From positions 1 to 56,857 of the forward strand of contig MGIW01000003.1 of assembly GCA_001793945.1 (NCBI GenBank): 56,857 nucleotides of DNA, given 5' to 3'. This document shows, in pieces, positions 7,644-15,742 of the stretch (position 1 is the stretch's first letter; each line of letters begins with the position of its first letter). Origin of the DNA: Candidatus Wolfebacteria bacterium RIFOXYD12_FULL_48_21 (GTDB lineage: Bacteria; Patescibacteriota; Minisyncoccia; UBA6257; UBA9933). Below the pieces are notes generated by a model. It was not told the origin of the DNA. It saw only the letters and a program-made list of their open reading frames with translations, and did not search any database. The translations under genes were made by a program, and so were the position numbers.

Positions 7644-8285
7644 TTATCGCCTCCAAAACTGCCATTTCTTATCTTTCTTTTCCTTGCGCTTTTTTTCTCC
7701 TATTATCCTTGCTTCGTCTTTTACCTTCTTCTTTAAATCCTCCGTGCGATATTCTTTTTCCAAATCATGCGCCTCCACTTGAAATCCTTTGTTTTCAAGC
7801 ATGCCTTTTACCCGTTCAAGATGGTTCACGCCCACAATAAATGCAATATTTCGTACACTATCTTTCTTTCTTAAATATTCCTCCAGTCCCTGCACGAACG
7901 CCTTTTCTCTTTTCTCGGTCGACGGTTTTATCCGTATAGTTAGAAATCTTTGCATTTTTGCATCGACAAAAATATGCTTATCGCCATATTTTTCTTCAAG
8001 TATTGTTTTCCCGGAATATATATTCTTTTTCCACCCGTCACCCGGAATCTTGTCGTATGGGCCGCCTTCTTCCACAATAAGATCGGGATTTTCTTCTTCA
8101 CATAATTGCAATAATTTATCCCGTAGCGTTTTTAAGGATGCGTCGAATATCCCTAATAGCTCTTCGGAAAATCCCGCGACCCTCATTTTTTTGATATGCC
8201 GCTTGATATGCCCCTTTGCCTGTATGTGATGCACTACTCCAATCAATTTAATATGTATTTTTTTATAATCTATTTCCTTTGTCAT
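7644..8285 (-). CDS. Tiki/TraB/GumN-like protein with K/R/E-rich tail (copy 1)
   Basis: Start at MTKEIDYKK. IKLIGVVH (GxxH), PDLIVEEGG and FIVGVNHLERVKGMLENKGFQVE resemble the two GxxH motifs plus an acidic motif of the TraB/GumN/ChaN fold. About 85% identical to 16042-16713. Confidence 0.45.
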   Translation of the reverse strand: MTKEIDYKKIHIKLIGVVHHIQAKGHIKRHIKKMRVAGFSEELLGIFDASLKTLRDKLLQLCEEENPDLIVEEGGPYDKIPGDGWKKNIYSGKTILEEKYGDKHIFVDAKMQRFLTIRIKPSTEKREKAFVQGLEEYLRKKDSVRNIAFIVGVNHLERVKGMLENKGFQVEAHDLEKEYRTEDLKKKVKDEARIIGEKKRKEKKDKKWQFWRR

Positions 8286-8305
8286 ATTATTATTTAGCAT
8301 AAGAA

Positions 8306-8331
8306 AAGGGCTCGCGAAACGCGAGCCCTTT
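8306..8331 (-). terminator. intercistronic hairpin (attenuator-like)
   Basis: GGGCTCGCG-TTTC-GCGAGCCC followed by TTTTCTTAT on the minus strand. Lies between the acidic peptide gene and the TraB-like gene. Confidence 0.5.
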
Positions 8332-8347
8332 AGTATAGCGATGACGA

Positions 8348-8503
8348 TCAATCGTCGTCGTCCGGCTCATTCCCCGAAGTATCCGAGTTGCTTCGTGGAT
8401 CATCGTTTCCACACTCCTTCCACGCCGTTTCTTCCGCCTGATCATCGGACACATCAGGATACCCCTCGTCGTCATCCCCAAAAATAAAGTCGAACAGTCC
8501 CAT
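8348..8503 (-). CDS. 51-aa highly acidic peptide (copy 1)
   Basis: AAGGAGG then 7 nt then ATG. Product: MGLFDFIFGDDDEGYPDVSDDQAEETAWKECGNDDPRSNSDTSGNEPDDDD. The longer start in the ORF track lies inside the leader. Confidence 0.6.
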   Translation of the reverse strand: MGLFDFIFGDDDEGYPDVSDDQAEETAWKECGNDDPRSNSDTSGNEPDDDD

Positions 8504-8635
8504 GGCTAAGCCTCCTTTGTGCCAAGTATTCTGCGTGCCGATCATTCTTTTTGAATGCTCAATTAAGCATTGTGCGCCGGCAAAATAATTGTCGTGTTCT
8601 GATTTACTTTATACCCTATATATAACTCTCGTCAA
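8504..8635 (-). promoter_or_regulatory. L leader copy 2 with well-spaced promoter
   Basis: TTGACG (8630-8635), 16-nt spacer with only (TA)4, TATAAA (8608-8613). Same conserved leader core as the other L copies. Confidence 0.6.
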
Positions 8636-8657
8636 TCCCCTGTAATGTCTACCTGCA

Positions 8658-9794
8658 TCACTCGAATCCAATTGCTTTATGCACTTCTTTAATATCAGCT
8701 TCGCGCTTTGCCTTTGATTCCTCTGTGTGATAATCCGGATCAAATATCGCATCCAAACTTACATCGAATTTACCCGACAAAACCTTCTCTCCCAATGCCA
8801 ATCTCCTTACTATATAAGCGATCACCGGACCGCACATCGTCGCGGCATCACCCAACTGTGGCCATGAATACAATGTCTTCCCCACTTCCAAAATAGATTG
8901 CTGCATGCGCGGAACCACCATATACGGGCCGGCTATTTGCGTTGCCAATTTAGGCATGTCGGTCGGCGCCATGGTCTTTAATGTTTCCATTGAAATATCC
9001 CCCGCCGCGCCGTTAAACAGCTGCAATTCCGGATCAAGGTCATGTCGCTCTATATCAACGATGACGCCATCGCCATTGTCGGTCGCCATGATAAGCGGCA
9101 AGCCCTTCTTTTTTGCCGCTTCACGCAACATGATCTTCATCGGCAAGAAATCCACTTCCTCTATTACCACATCTGCGCCATCCAAAAACTCATCCATATT
9201 CTCAGAAGATACACCCTTGTCGTACATATGCACCGTACCATAGGGGTTCAGCTGTACAATATGACTCGCGACCAAATGCGCTTTGTTCTTGTTCAGCGCG
9301 GAGCAATCATACCGTAATCGGTTCAGGTTTGGGCCGGAAACCACATCCGCATCGGCTATTTTGATCGTCTTCGCGCCACCCATCATGGCAATCGTCAAGG
9401 CCGGATGACTACCCACGCTTAATCCGGCAATGGCAACCGTATAGTTATAAAATTTTTCCTGCTCCTCTTTGGTGATTAGGTTTTTATTGCGCGCAGTCCG
9501 CAACTCTTGATGCACCGCATCCGGCAAATAATGGATCAGATTTTTCGTATACGGAAAATAGAACCACTCCCCATCTTCTTCCATCGACTTGCCCGCCAAA
9601 TATTCTTTTTTAAATGCGGCACAGTCTTCCTTGTGCTCGGGAATGAACTTATATTTTGGATTTCGTACCTGAAAAAGTTCGTCGAGCAATGCATCGTACG
9701 CATCTATGGTCTCGATGATCTCAAACTTTTTCTTGAAATCTTCCAGCGACTCCGTCGCCTTATTCCACTGCATCGGTTTTATTTGCGTATCCAT
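8658..9794 (-). CDS. ThiF/E1-like adenylyltransferase (Rv1355c-type ThiF domain, no nitroreductase domain)
   Basis: 378 aa. LRTARNKNLITKEEQEKF, VAIAGLSVGSH (Rossmann), ADADVVSGPNLNRLRY, IMATDNGDGVIVDIERHDLDP and LYSWPQLGDAA. 16-nt overlap with the upstream PaaK-like gene. Confidence 0.7.
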   Translation of the reverse strand: MDTQIKPMQWNKATESLEDFKKKFEIIETIDAYDALLDELFQVRNPKYKFIPEHKEDCAAFKKEYLAGKSMEEDGEWFYFPYTKNLIHYLPDAVHQELRTARNKNLITKEEQEKFYNYTVAIAGLSVGSHPALTIAMMGGAKTIKIADADVVSGPNLNRLRYDCSALNKNKAHLVASHIVQLNPYGTVHMYDKGVSSENMDEFLDGADVVIEEVDFLPMKIMLREAAKKKGLPLIMATDNGDGVIVDIERHDLDPELQLFNGAAGDISMETLKTMAPTDMPKLATQIAGPYMVVPRMQQSILEVGKTLYSWPQLGDAATMCGPVIAYIVRRLALGEKVLSGKFDVSLDAIFDPDYHTEESKAKREADIKEVHKAIGFE

Positions 9795-11284
9795 TTTTGT
9801 TTTGTTCCGGGCTTAAAATGAGTTGGATGTTCTGCGGGCCATAGGCTTATCTTCGGCCGCGCGCGCTCTTTCAAGTAATTCGAAAGTTCCCTGAATTCCG
9901 AATTGTTTTCGCGCAAGAATTTGAATACTTCCTCCGTCAGGATGTCTGCCAGTTTTTTGCTTTCCTTTTTTCCTTTTTTCATCTCGATGTGTATTTCGAG
10001 ATATTGGTTCTGCGCGTCATCAAATGCCGTCATCATGGAAAACTTTCCGGTTACATATGGATGCAACGCATCCTTCAGAAGCACCTCGCGAATCGTCTCC
10101 GGATAGATCTGTAAGCCGTAAAGCGTAGTCGAAAAGTCATTTCGCTCATACACATAAACGAATGGCAGTTGTTGCTCATTCTTCAACTTTGCCCTCTTCA
10201 TTTCCTTGCCCCAGTCGATCCCCTGAATTTTAATGCACTCCATCATTTCGCCATACCCTACCACTCCGCCATTATCTCCGATCGCGTAGCGGACCAACGG
10301 GATAGCACTATTCCCCGTAAGCACCACCTCGCCGTCCGAAGCCTCAAATATGATTTGCAACGGATTATATTGCGCCAGCGTCGGCGTTTTTTTAATTTCC
10401 GAAAAAATATCTTCAAACAACCCCATGTTTTTCATCGCCAATCTTCGTACAAGGATCGCCGTTGGCGTTTCAAATGCCATCGCGCCGATATCCGCAGAGC
10501 CATAAATGCTCATGATGTCTTGAAACAGATTCTTGATCCCTGTTTTTTCCACAAGGTAATCCCTGAAGTTCTCGGTGTATGCCTCTGCTGCGGTCACTAT
10601 GCGCATGTTCAGTTTTTTAAAATCCACCCCGCGCGAACTTCCTTCATCAATAATATCCTTTACCATTGGCGGATATCCCGCCAAAATAACCTGCCCGTAC
10701 AGCGGGGCTATATTTTTTAATGCTTTGAATATCTCTTCCTTATTTATTCCCGGCGTTATGATAGAAACAGGATATTTCCCCCGGTCCGCGGCAATCTCAA
10801 ACGCCTTATAGGTGATCAATCCACCGATCCAAATCCCCATCCCAAATGCCACTATGACCAATGTCGGCTTTTCAACACCAAAAGAACTGTTGCGCAAAAA
10901 AAATTCATGAATGAGTGCGGCATTTTTATCCGCCTCTTCTGTTCGGGGAAAATAAAACGGCTCCCCCGTAGAACCCGAAGTAGCCGTAAAAACAAGTGGT
11001 TTATTCAAATTTCCATCCCAGCACAATTTTTCCAATGGATACTGACGCAAATAATTCTTCTTGCTCGTCAATGGCACACGCTGAAAATCTTCCCAGGTCA
11101 CAATTTTATTATGATCCTTGATCCCGTTCTTTTTCAAAAAATCCTTGTAGGCCGGCACGCGCTGTGCGGCATCATGAAACAGCGCGAGTGCGCGCTTTCG
11201 TCCCTCCTTCTCCCACCATTTGCCGTCTTTTTCGGAAAAGAACCGTATTATTTGTTCTGCGGAATATTCTTTCATGGCTGGCAT
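9779..11284 (-). CDS. PaaK/coenzyme-F390-synthetase-like adenylate-forming enzyme
   Basis: 501 aa. FTATSGSTGEPFYFPRT matches the AMP-binding TSG(S/T)TG motif. The first 28 codons are supplied by R copy 3. Confidence 0.7.
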   Translation of the reverse strand: MPAMKEYSAEQIIRFFSEKDGKWWEKEGRKRALALFHDAAQRVPAYKDFLKKNGIKDHNKIVTWEDFQRVPLTSKKNYLRQYPLEKLCWDGNLNKPLVFTATSGSTGEPFYFPRTEEADKNAALIHEFFLRNSSFGVEKPTLVIVAFGMGIWIGGLITYKAFEIAADRGKYPVSIITPGINKEEIFKALKNIAPLYGQVILAGYPPMVKDIIDEGSSRGVDFKKLNMRIVTAAEAYTENFRDYLVEKTGIKNLFQDIMSIYGSADIGAMAFETPTAILVRRLAMKNMGLFEDIFSEIKKTPTLAQYNPLQIIFEASDGEVVLTGNSAIPLVRYAIGDNGGVVGYGEMMECIKIQGIDWGKEMKRAKLKNEQQLPFVYVYERNDFSTTLYGLQIYPETIREVLLKDALHPYVTGKFSMMTAFDDAQNQYLEIHIEMKKGKKESKKLADILTEEVFKFLRENNSEFRELSNYLKERARPKISLWPAEHPTHFKPGTKQKWIRK

Positions 11285-11323
11285 ATTGCCCTTAGTATAG
11301 GGGATTTTTGCGTTTGGTGCAAA
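11204..11323 (-). repeat. R module copy 3 (the only copy fused in frame to a long gene)
   Basis: Identical promoter and start. The reading frame continues as ...WWEKEGRKRALALFHDAAQRVPAYKDFL. Confidence 0.85.
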
Positions 11324-11341
11324 TATGTGGTTTTCAATTAT

Positions 11342-11370
11342 TTGACATTATTTTTATTTCGTATGATAAT
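11342..11370 (+). promoter_or_regulatory. sigma70-type promoter for radical SAM gene A
   Basis: TTGACA, 17 nt, GATAAT. About 50 nt upstream of the AAGGAG RBS and ATG at 11423. Divergent from R copy 3. Confidence 0.5.
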
Positions 11371-11422
11371 CTTTTCAGTATAGGAGTCTTTAACAATCAC
11401 ATATTCCATAAGGAGCTTTGTC

Positions 11423-12541
11423 ATGCAAAATTCTACACTCCCTGTTCTGCCCCAAGCCGTCATGCCTACTATTAAGGTCGTGTCGAGCACATGCAATCTT
11501 CGCTGCCACTATTGCTATTACAATGCATTAGACCAATCCCGCCCGAATCCAATGAGCACTAAGACTGTCACGAATTTGATCAAAAAAACGATTGAGTTTG
11601 TGCAAGACGACTATGTTCACTTCACATGGCACGGCGGAGAGCCTCTCTTGGCCGGAATGAATTTTTATGAACATATCCTCCGTATCCAAGAGCTGTACGG
11701 CAAGAAGAAAACAATCATCAACGGCATCCAAACCAATGCGACTCTTGTCAGTGACCGGTGGGCGAGCTTCTTCAAGAAACACGATTTCCGTGTTGGGGTA
11801 AGTATTGACGGCCCACCTATGATCCAAAATGCGCATCGAGTACTACCGTCACAAGGAGGAAGTTCTCGATTAGTACAACAAGGATTGCGTGCGCTCCAGC
11901 GCCATGACATCTACCCGCCAGCGATAGCGGTCGTTACCCGAGAATCCCTCGGCAATGCTCGGAAGATCTTCCAGTATTTCCTAAGGAACCATGTCCGTAG
12001 CATACACATCAAAGAATGCTACGAGATAGATCCTTCAACAGGGAGGCCCACTGCGCTTTCTGTTATGCCGGATGAATTCACTGCTTTCCTGATCGAAATA
12101 TTTGACATGTGGTTCGATCTGGATGACCCAAGTATTTCCATCAGAAATCTCGAGCAATTAGTTCGTGGCCTCGTCGGCGGTGAGCCATCCCTCTGCGAAG
12201 CCACGGGTAAATGCTGGCTCTTCCCCGTTGTTGAAGCAGATGGAACAGTTGGCGCATGCGATAGCTTCCCTATCCGTGACTATCACTTCGGCAACATAAA
12301 TGAAATGAGTTGGGGCGATCTCTTTGCAAGTGCCGGCAATATTCGATTCTCTGAGAATATCCGGCAAAATGAAGATAGGTGTCGCTCGTGCGAATGGTTT
12401 TCCATATGCCACGGGTGCTGCTTGCGTCATGCGCATTCCCCCGTTACTCACGAGTGGCACCATAATCTTTTCTGTACATCAAAAAAGCGCCTATTCGGCC
12501 ACATCAAGGCACGCATAGACGCAATTCATGCAGGGGGCTAG
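11423..12541 (+). CDS. radical SAM/SPASM maturase, anSME-like (A)
   Basis: CNLRCHYC (CX3CX2C), FTWHGGEPLL, GIQTNATLV, VGVSIDGP. C-terminal SPASM cysteines: CEATGKC...GACDSF...CRSCEWFSICHGCC. Confidence 0.8.
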   Translation: MQNSTLPVLPQAVMPTIKVVSSTCNLRCHYCYYNALDQSRPNPMSTKTVTNLIKKTIEFVQDDYVHFTWHGGEPLLAGMNFYEHILRIQELYGKKKTIINGIQTNATLVSDRWASFFKKHDFRVGVSIDGPPMIQNAHRVLPSQGGSSRLVQQGLRALQRHDIYPPAIAVVTRESLGNARKIFQYFLRNHVRSIHIKECYEIDPSTGRPTALSVMPDEFTAFLIEIFDMWFDLDDPSISIRNLEQLVRGLVGGEPSLCEATGKCWLFPVVEADGTVGACDSFPIRDYHFGNINEMSWGDLFASAGNIRFSENIRQNEDRCRSCEWFSICHGCCLRHAHSPVTHEWHHNLFCTSKKRLFGHIKARIDAIHAGG

Positions 12542-13563
12542 TAAGCCCCCTTTTTTATTACACTGATAACTCGTGTCATCTCGTCAATAAATTTCTTGTC
12601 GATTGCACGCTTCTTTTCAAAATAATATTGTGATAATGGATACATTTGCCATATCACATAATAGTACAGCCCATCATAAGAGATGATTTTCTTTTCTTTT
12701 ATCGCTTCCATATCATACAACAGCACATCGATCCACCCTAAATTTCTCAATAGCGGCGAGAAATGCTTTGCATGCGCTTGGTAGATGTACCCACTCGGAG
12801 CAATCCCCCCTACGACAATCTCGGTAAGAATATTTTTCTTGGACATTTTTGGCTGAACCAGATCTAATAAATCCATGCCGTCCCGTGATGCTGCCGCGCC
12901 AATGATCTTACTCAATTTTCTGTTGTTATCGAGAAGCACATGCACCATCTCATGCGCCATAACACCCAATGCGGTTTCCATATATTCATCAGAGTTATCT
13001 TCTATCGCTGCTTCCAATGTAATATGACCGCATCCCAAATTCGCACCGCCAGAGGCGCTTTTGTTGTTTATCGGACTCGGTATGATGTGCACGACAAAAT
13101 CCTCCAGCTTTTTATCGGGCTTGATCGCTCGCTCCATCGCCGCCATAAGCTTTATTCCATTTTCCGACTCCGCAATTTTCTTCAACGATCGACCCCATGC
13201 CTTGATCCCCTTCTCATCCCATATTTTTTTAAATCGTGGCTCGAACATGCGAAACACGCTCCGAATCTTTTTATACTCACCTTCCATTACATTTTTTTCT
13301 ACCTCCTCCCATGCTTCTTTCTCGGAGTTAAGAAAAAAATATTGTCCAAGATACACGAGTTTGTTCTTTTTATATTCAAACCCATATTTCCGCATAACAT
13401 CCCCAAAAACATTGATTGCTTCGCTTTCCTTTTCCGTCAGTACCCCCGTTTGCTTTATCCATTCTTTGTTATATTCAGTTCTGCATGAAAAATGCCACTC
13501 GGCAAGGTTCGAGATAAAGAAAAATAAATTTGAAATCCTTGAATGGACTATTTTATACTTCAT
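12538..13563 (-). CDS. HExxH putative zinc metallopeptidase (paralog of 22529-23383)
   Basis: Start at MKYKIVHSR. The longer ORF would overlap the precursor gene. Motif VMAHEMVHVLL. Shares SRxSNxxFF and ExxVxGxxPxGY blocks with the other HExxH protein. Stop overlaps the rSAM stop by 4 nt (convergent). Confidence 0.5.
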   Translation of the reverse strand: MKYKIVHSRISNLFFFISNLAEWHFSCRTEYNKEWIKQTGVLTEKESEAINVFGDVMRKYGFEYKKNKLVYLGQYFFLNSEKEAWEEVEKNVMEGEYKKIRSVFRMFEPRFKKIWDEKGIKAWGRSLKKIAESENGIKLMAAMERAIKPDKKLEDFVVHIIPSPINNKSASGGANLGCGHITLEAAIEDNSDEYMETALGVMAHEMVHVLLDNNRKLSKIIGAAASRDGMDLLDLVQPKMSKKNILTEIVVGGIAPSGYIYQAHAKHFSPLLRNLGWIDVLLYDMEAIKEKKIISYDGLYYYVIWQMYPLSQYYFEKKRAIDKKFIDEMTRVISVIKKGAY

Positions 13564-13600
13564 GATATTCAGTATACCAAAATGATTCGCACTATAAAAT

Positions 13601-13624
13601 AAAGGCTCACATCCGTGAGCCTTT
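13601..13624 (-). terminator. hairpin after the precursor-like sORF (partial terminator)
   Basis: AAAGGCTCAC-GGAT-GTGAGCCTTT then ATTTTAT on the minus strand. Lies between the 62-aa ORF and the HExxH gene. Confidence 0.5.
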
Positions 13625-13654
13625 ATACTATTCTCGACAACAGAACACCTTCCC

Positions 13655-13843
13655 TTAGCCAACAGACTTACTGTGGCCATTGCTGCTGTGGTTGTTGTAG
13701 CTCGGCCCATCATGATGGCAATACAGCCACTGATCACGCGCAACCCTCTCGATTGCACCGAGTACTAAGGCGCCTCGAGGCACCTGCGCACACCCATGAT
13801 TTCCACTTCCCAAACTCTTTTTGGGTACTACCGTTGTCTGCAT
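13655..13843 (-). CDS. 62-aa candidate RiPP precursor (A)
   Basis: AGGAGG then 7 nt then ATG. Product: MQTTVVPKKSLGSGNHGCAQVPRGALVLGAIERVARDQWLYCHHDGPSYNNHSSNGHSKSVG. Own promoter: TTGACA (13980-13985), 17 nt, CACAAT. Confidence 0.5.
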   Translation of the reverse strand: MQTTVVPKKSLGSGNHGCAQVPRGALVLGAIERVARDQWLYCHHDGPSYNNHSSNGHSKSVG

Positions 13844-13998
13844 AATACATCCTCCTTAGGCCAGTTGAATGAATCTTGCTTCTGTTGTTGATACTACTAC
13901 GCAATCAAATTCGATCAATGCGAATCGAATTGCATTTGATTAAATTACTAAATTAAATTGTGTGCTACTTCTACCGAATTGTCAAATGCCCACAAATA

Positions 13999-14117
13999 TC
14001 CTTCTCCCACCATTTGCCGTCTTTTTCGGAAAAGAACCGTATTATTTGCTCTGCGGAATAGTCTTTCATGGCTGGCATAGTGCCATTAGTATAGGGTATT
14101 TTTGGGGTTGGTGCAAA
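13999..14117 (-). repeat. R module copy 4 (most diverged)
   Basis: TTGCAC, 17 nt, ATACTA-type -10. The sORF at 13971-14078 encodes MPAMKDYSAEQIIRFFSEKDGKWWEKDICGHLTIR. The terminal AAGGAGG is mutated to AAGGAT. Confidence 0.8.
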
Positions 14118-14134
14118 AAAAAATAAAGGGATCC

Positions 14135-14623
14135 TTATCCTTTATTGATACCTGCTTTATTCATACGCTCTACCTGCGCTTTTAATTCAGCCAATGGCGG
14201 CACATTGAACCGAGCCCTTTCTTCGTCGGTCATCCCCTTCTTAATAGGGGCGAGCGCCCACTTGCTCTTGGCGCTTTTTTTAAAGAATTGCGTGCCAAAT
14301 TTTTGTTTCTTTCCTTGTTTTATCAATAGTCGATCGGTTCCTGCAGCATGGAGCCATTTCGCTTTTTGATACCCTTTTTTTATGCTTTGTTCGGAAAGCT
14401 TTATTGCCGTTTTATAATCAGCCAACAATTGCCCATGATGGAATATCATTGCTGCAATATAGAAATCTTTACCGGTAATTACCGTTCCCTCCTTTAGCAT
14501 TCTTTTTATAGTATTCTTGCGCTCGACATCTTTTTTTTCGACTACCGAAAAATCGCCGCTTGATCCGATTGCCATACGATCAGCTTGATCTTCTTTAAAC
14601 AATTTTTCCAGATCCTTGTTCAT
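14135..14623 (-). CDS. hypothetical protein (162 aa)
   Basis: Clean ORF with a T-run hairpin at its 3' end (14113-14145). I recognise no diagnostic motif. Confidence 0.5.
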   Translation of the reverse strand: MNKDLEKLFKEDQADRMAIGSSGDFSVVEKKDVERKNTIKRMLKEGTVITGKDFYIAAMIFHHGQLLADYKTAIKLSEQSIKKGYQKAKWLHAAGTDRLLIKQGKKQKFGTQFFKKSAKSKWALAPIKKGMTDEERARFNVPPLAELKAQVERMNKAGINKG

Positions 14624-14701
14624 AAAAAAATATCTACACCCTGCGCTGTGTAGCTATTATAAACTCAGACATCATTACGCACAAGCAAGTTCCCCGTGTA
14701 T

Positions 14702-15451
14702 TTAATCTTTATACTTAATAAACTTAAGCGTTTTTTCAAAAAGCTCCTTTTGGGCTTTTTTGCCGGAAAATAAATGATTGGTCTTTTTTAGTACATAATA
14801 TTTTGACTTGGCCTTGTCTGGTGTTGCACGATAATATTTTTTTGCATCTGTGTCCGTACTTCCTTCCGCAGTAACAATACATGCGTTTTTATGCAAGGAA
14901 TGGAATATGCCCACGGAATCGACGCTGCCAAGTTCTTTATAAAATTTTCCATTGATAGCTATTTTATTACCCTGATTTTTTAATGTTTTCTCCGAATCAA
15001 TAGCAAAGATCTTGTCCATTGCCTTTTTAGACCAGGGCAAGCGACTCTGATCCCATAAAACAAGCTTGGTATTTTTTAAATATTTTTTATTATTAAATAA
15101 AAATAATATTGACATAATTGCGCCAAAACTATGACCGACAAAAATAAACTCGAGATACTTTTTTGGCAATTTTTCTATAACATTTTTTAACTCACTGCTA
15201 TAAAAAGATAGATCGAGATCTTTTATATCAAGTGCATTTCTTTTTTGAATATCTTCATTGCAGAGATTTATACGAAGGGTATCAAAGCCGCTCTTACGAA
15301 AAATCTCCGTCGCATTAATAAAAAGCGGCAAGTCCCGTCCACCAGACAGTCCGCTTAAAAAAATAACGAGTCTTGAGTTGCTCTTTTTCGCAAAAAGTTT
15401 CCCATAAAGGAACCTGCCGGGGATTTTTTTTGATTCAATTTTTATCTCCAT
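14702..15451 (-). CDS. alpha/beta hydrolase
   Basis: Start at MEIKIESKK. Nucleophile elbow FVGHSFGA (GxSxG). Typical length of ~250 aa. Confidence 0.65.
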   Translation of the reverse strand: MEIKIESKKIPGRFLYGKLFAKKSNSRLVIFLSGLSGGRDLPLFINATEIFRKSGFDTLRINLCNEDIQKRNALDIKDLDLSFYSSELKNVIEKLPKKYLEFIFVGHSFGAIMSILFLFNNKKYLKNTKLVLWDQSRLPWSKKAMDKIFAIDSEKTLKNQGNKIAINGKFYKELGSVDSVGIFHSLHKNACIVTAEGSTDTDAKKYYRATPDKAKSKYYVLKKTNHLFSGKKAQKELFEKTLKFIKYKD

Positions 15452-15467
15452 GCTTTTAATTAAAAGG

Positions 15468-15502
15468 CCCCACCACAAAATATATTATCGTATGTGGTGG
15501 GG
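15468..15502 (-). terminator. 10-bp perfect hairpin between the DUF397-like gene and the hydrolase gene
   Basis: CCCCACCACA with a 15-nt loop and TGTGGTGGGG. The minus-strand 3' side is only moderately T-rich, so this could be an attenuator or a processing site. Confidence 0.35.
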
Positions 15503-15529
15503 CATTACACTGGAGCCCATGCTCAGCTT

Positions 15530-15742
15530 CTAAGGCAGATCGAACTCGCCCTTTTTTACGCCCTGGATAAAAGCATCCCACTCCGCATGGGTGAATGACA
15601 GAGTCGGGCTCTGCGGGTCTTTGGTATCTCTTACATCGACCGTTTCGCCGATTTTGACAGCGACACATGTTTTGATGTAAAGATATCTGGTAATTGAAGA
15701 AGTGAGAAATCCTTCCTCTTCGTGCGGATTCCGCTTAGACAT
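15530..15742 (-). CDS. DUF397-like small protein
   Basis: 70 aa. CVAVKIGETVDVRDTKDPQSPTLSFTHAEWDAFIQGVKKGEFDL closely follows the DUF397 pattern (CVEVA...VRDSKDP..P.L.F...EW.AF..GVK.GEFD). AAAGGAG RBS. Confidence 0.6.
   Translation of the reverse strand: MSKRNPHEEEGFLTSSITRYLYIKTCVAVKIGETVDVRDTKDPQSPTLSFTHAEWDAFIQGVKKGEFDLP

Noticed and set aside
9779-11284. Interpreting the tandem Trp codons in the R sORF as a classical trp-type attenuator.
   Set aside because: No alternative terminator/antiterminator hairpins follow the sORF in a conserved way, and no tryptophan-related genes are downstream. The two Trp codons are noted but are not taken as evidence of attenuation.
12538-13758. The full 406-aa version of the HExxH ORF.
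   Set aside because: The N-terminal 65 codons overlap the precursor-like gene and the intervening hairpin. An internal ATG at 13563 begins the region that is homologous to the paralog at 22529-23383.
13615-13845. Plus-strand 76-aa ORF with a striking CGHCCCGCC cysteine cluster, opposite precursor A.
   Set aside because: Its ATG lies inside the hairpin at 13601-13624 and it has no RBS. The minus-strand ORF has a textbook AGGAGG and its own promoter. I treat the Cys run as a by-product of the antisense frame, but it would be worth excluding by proteomics.
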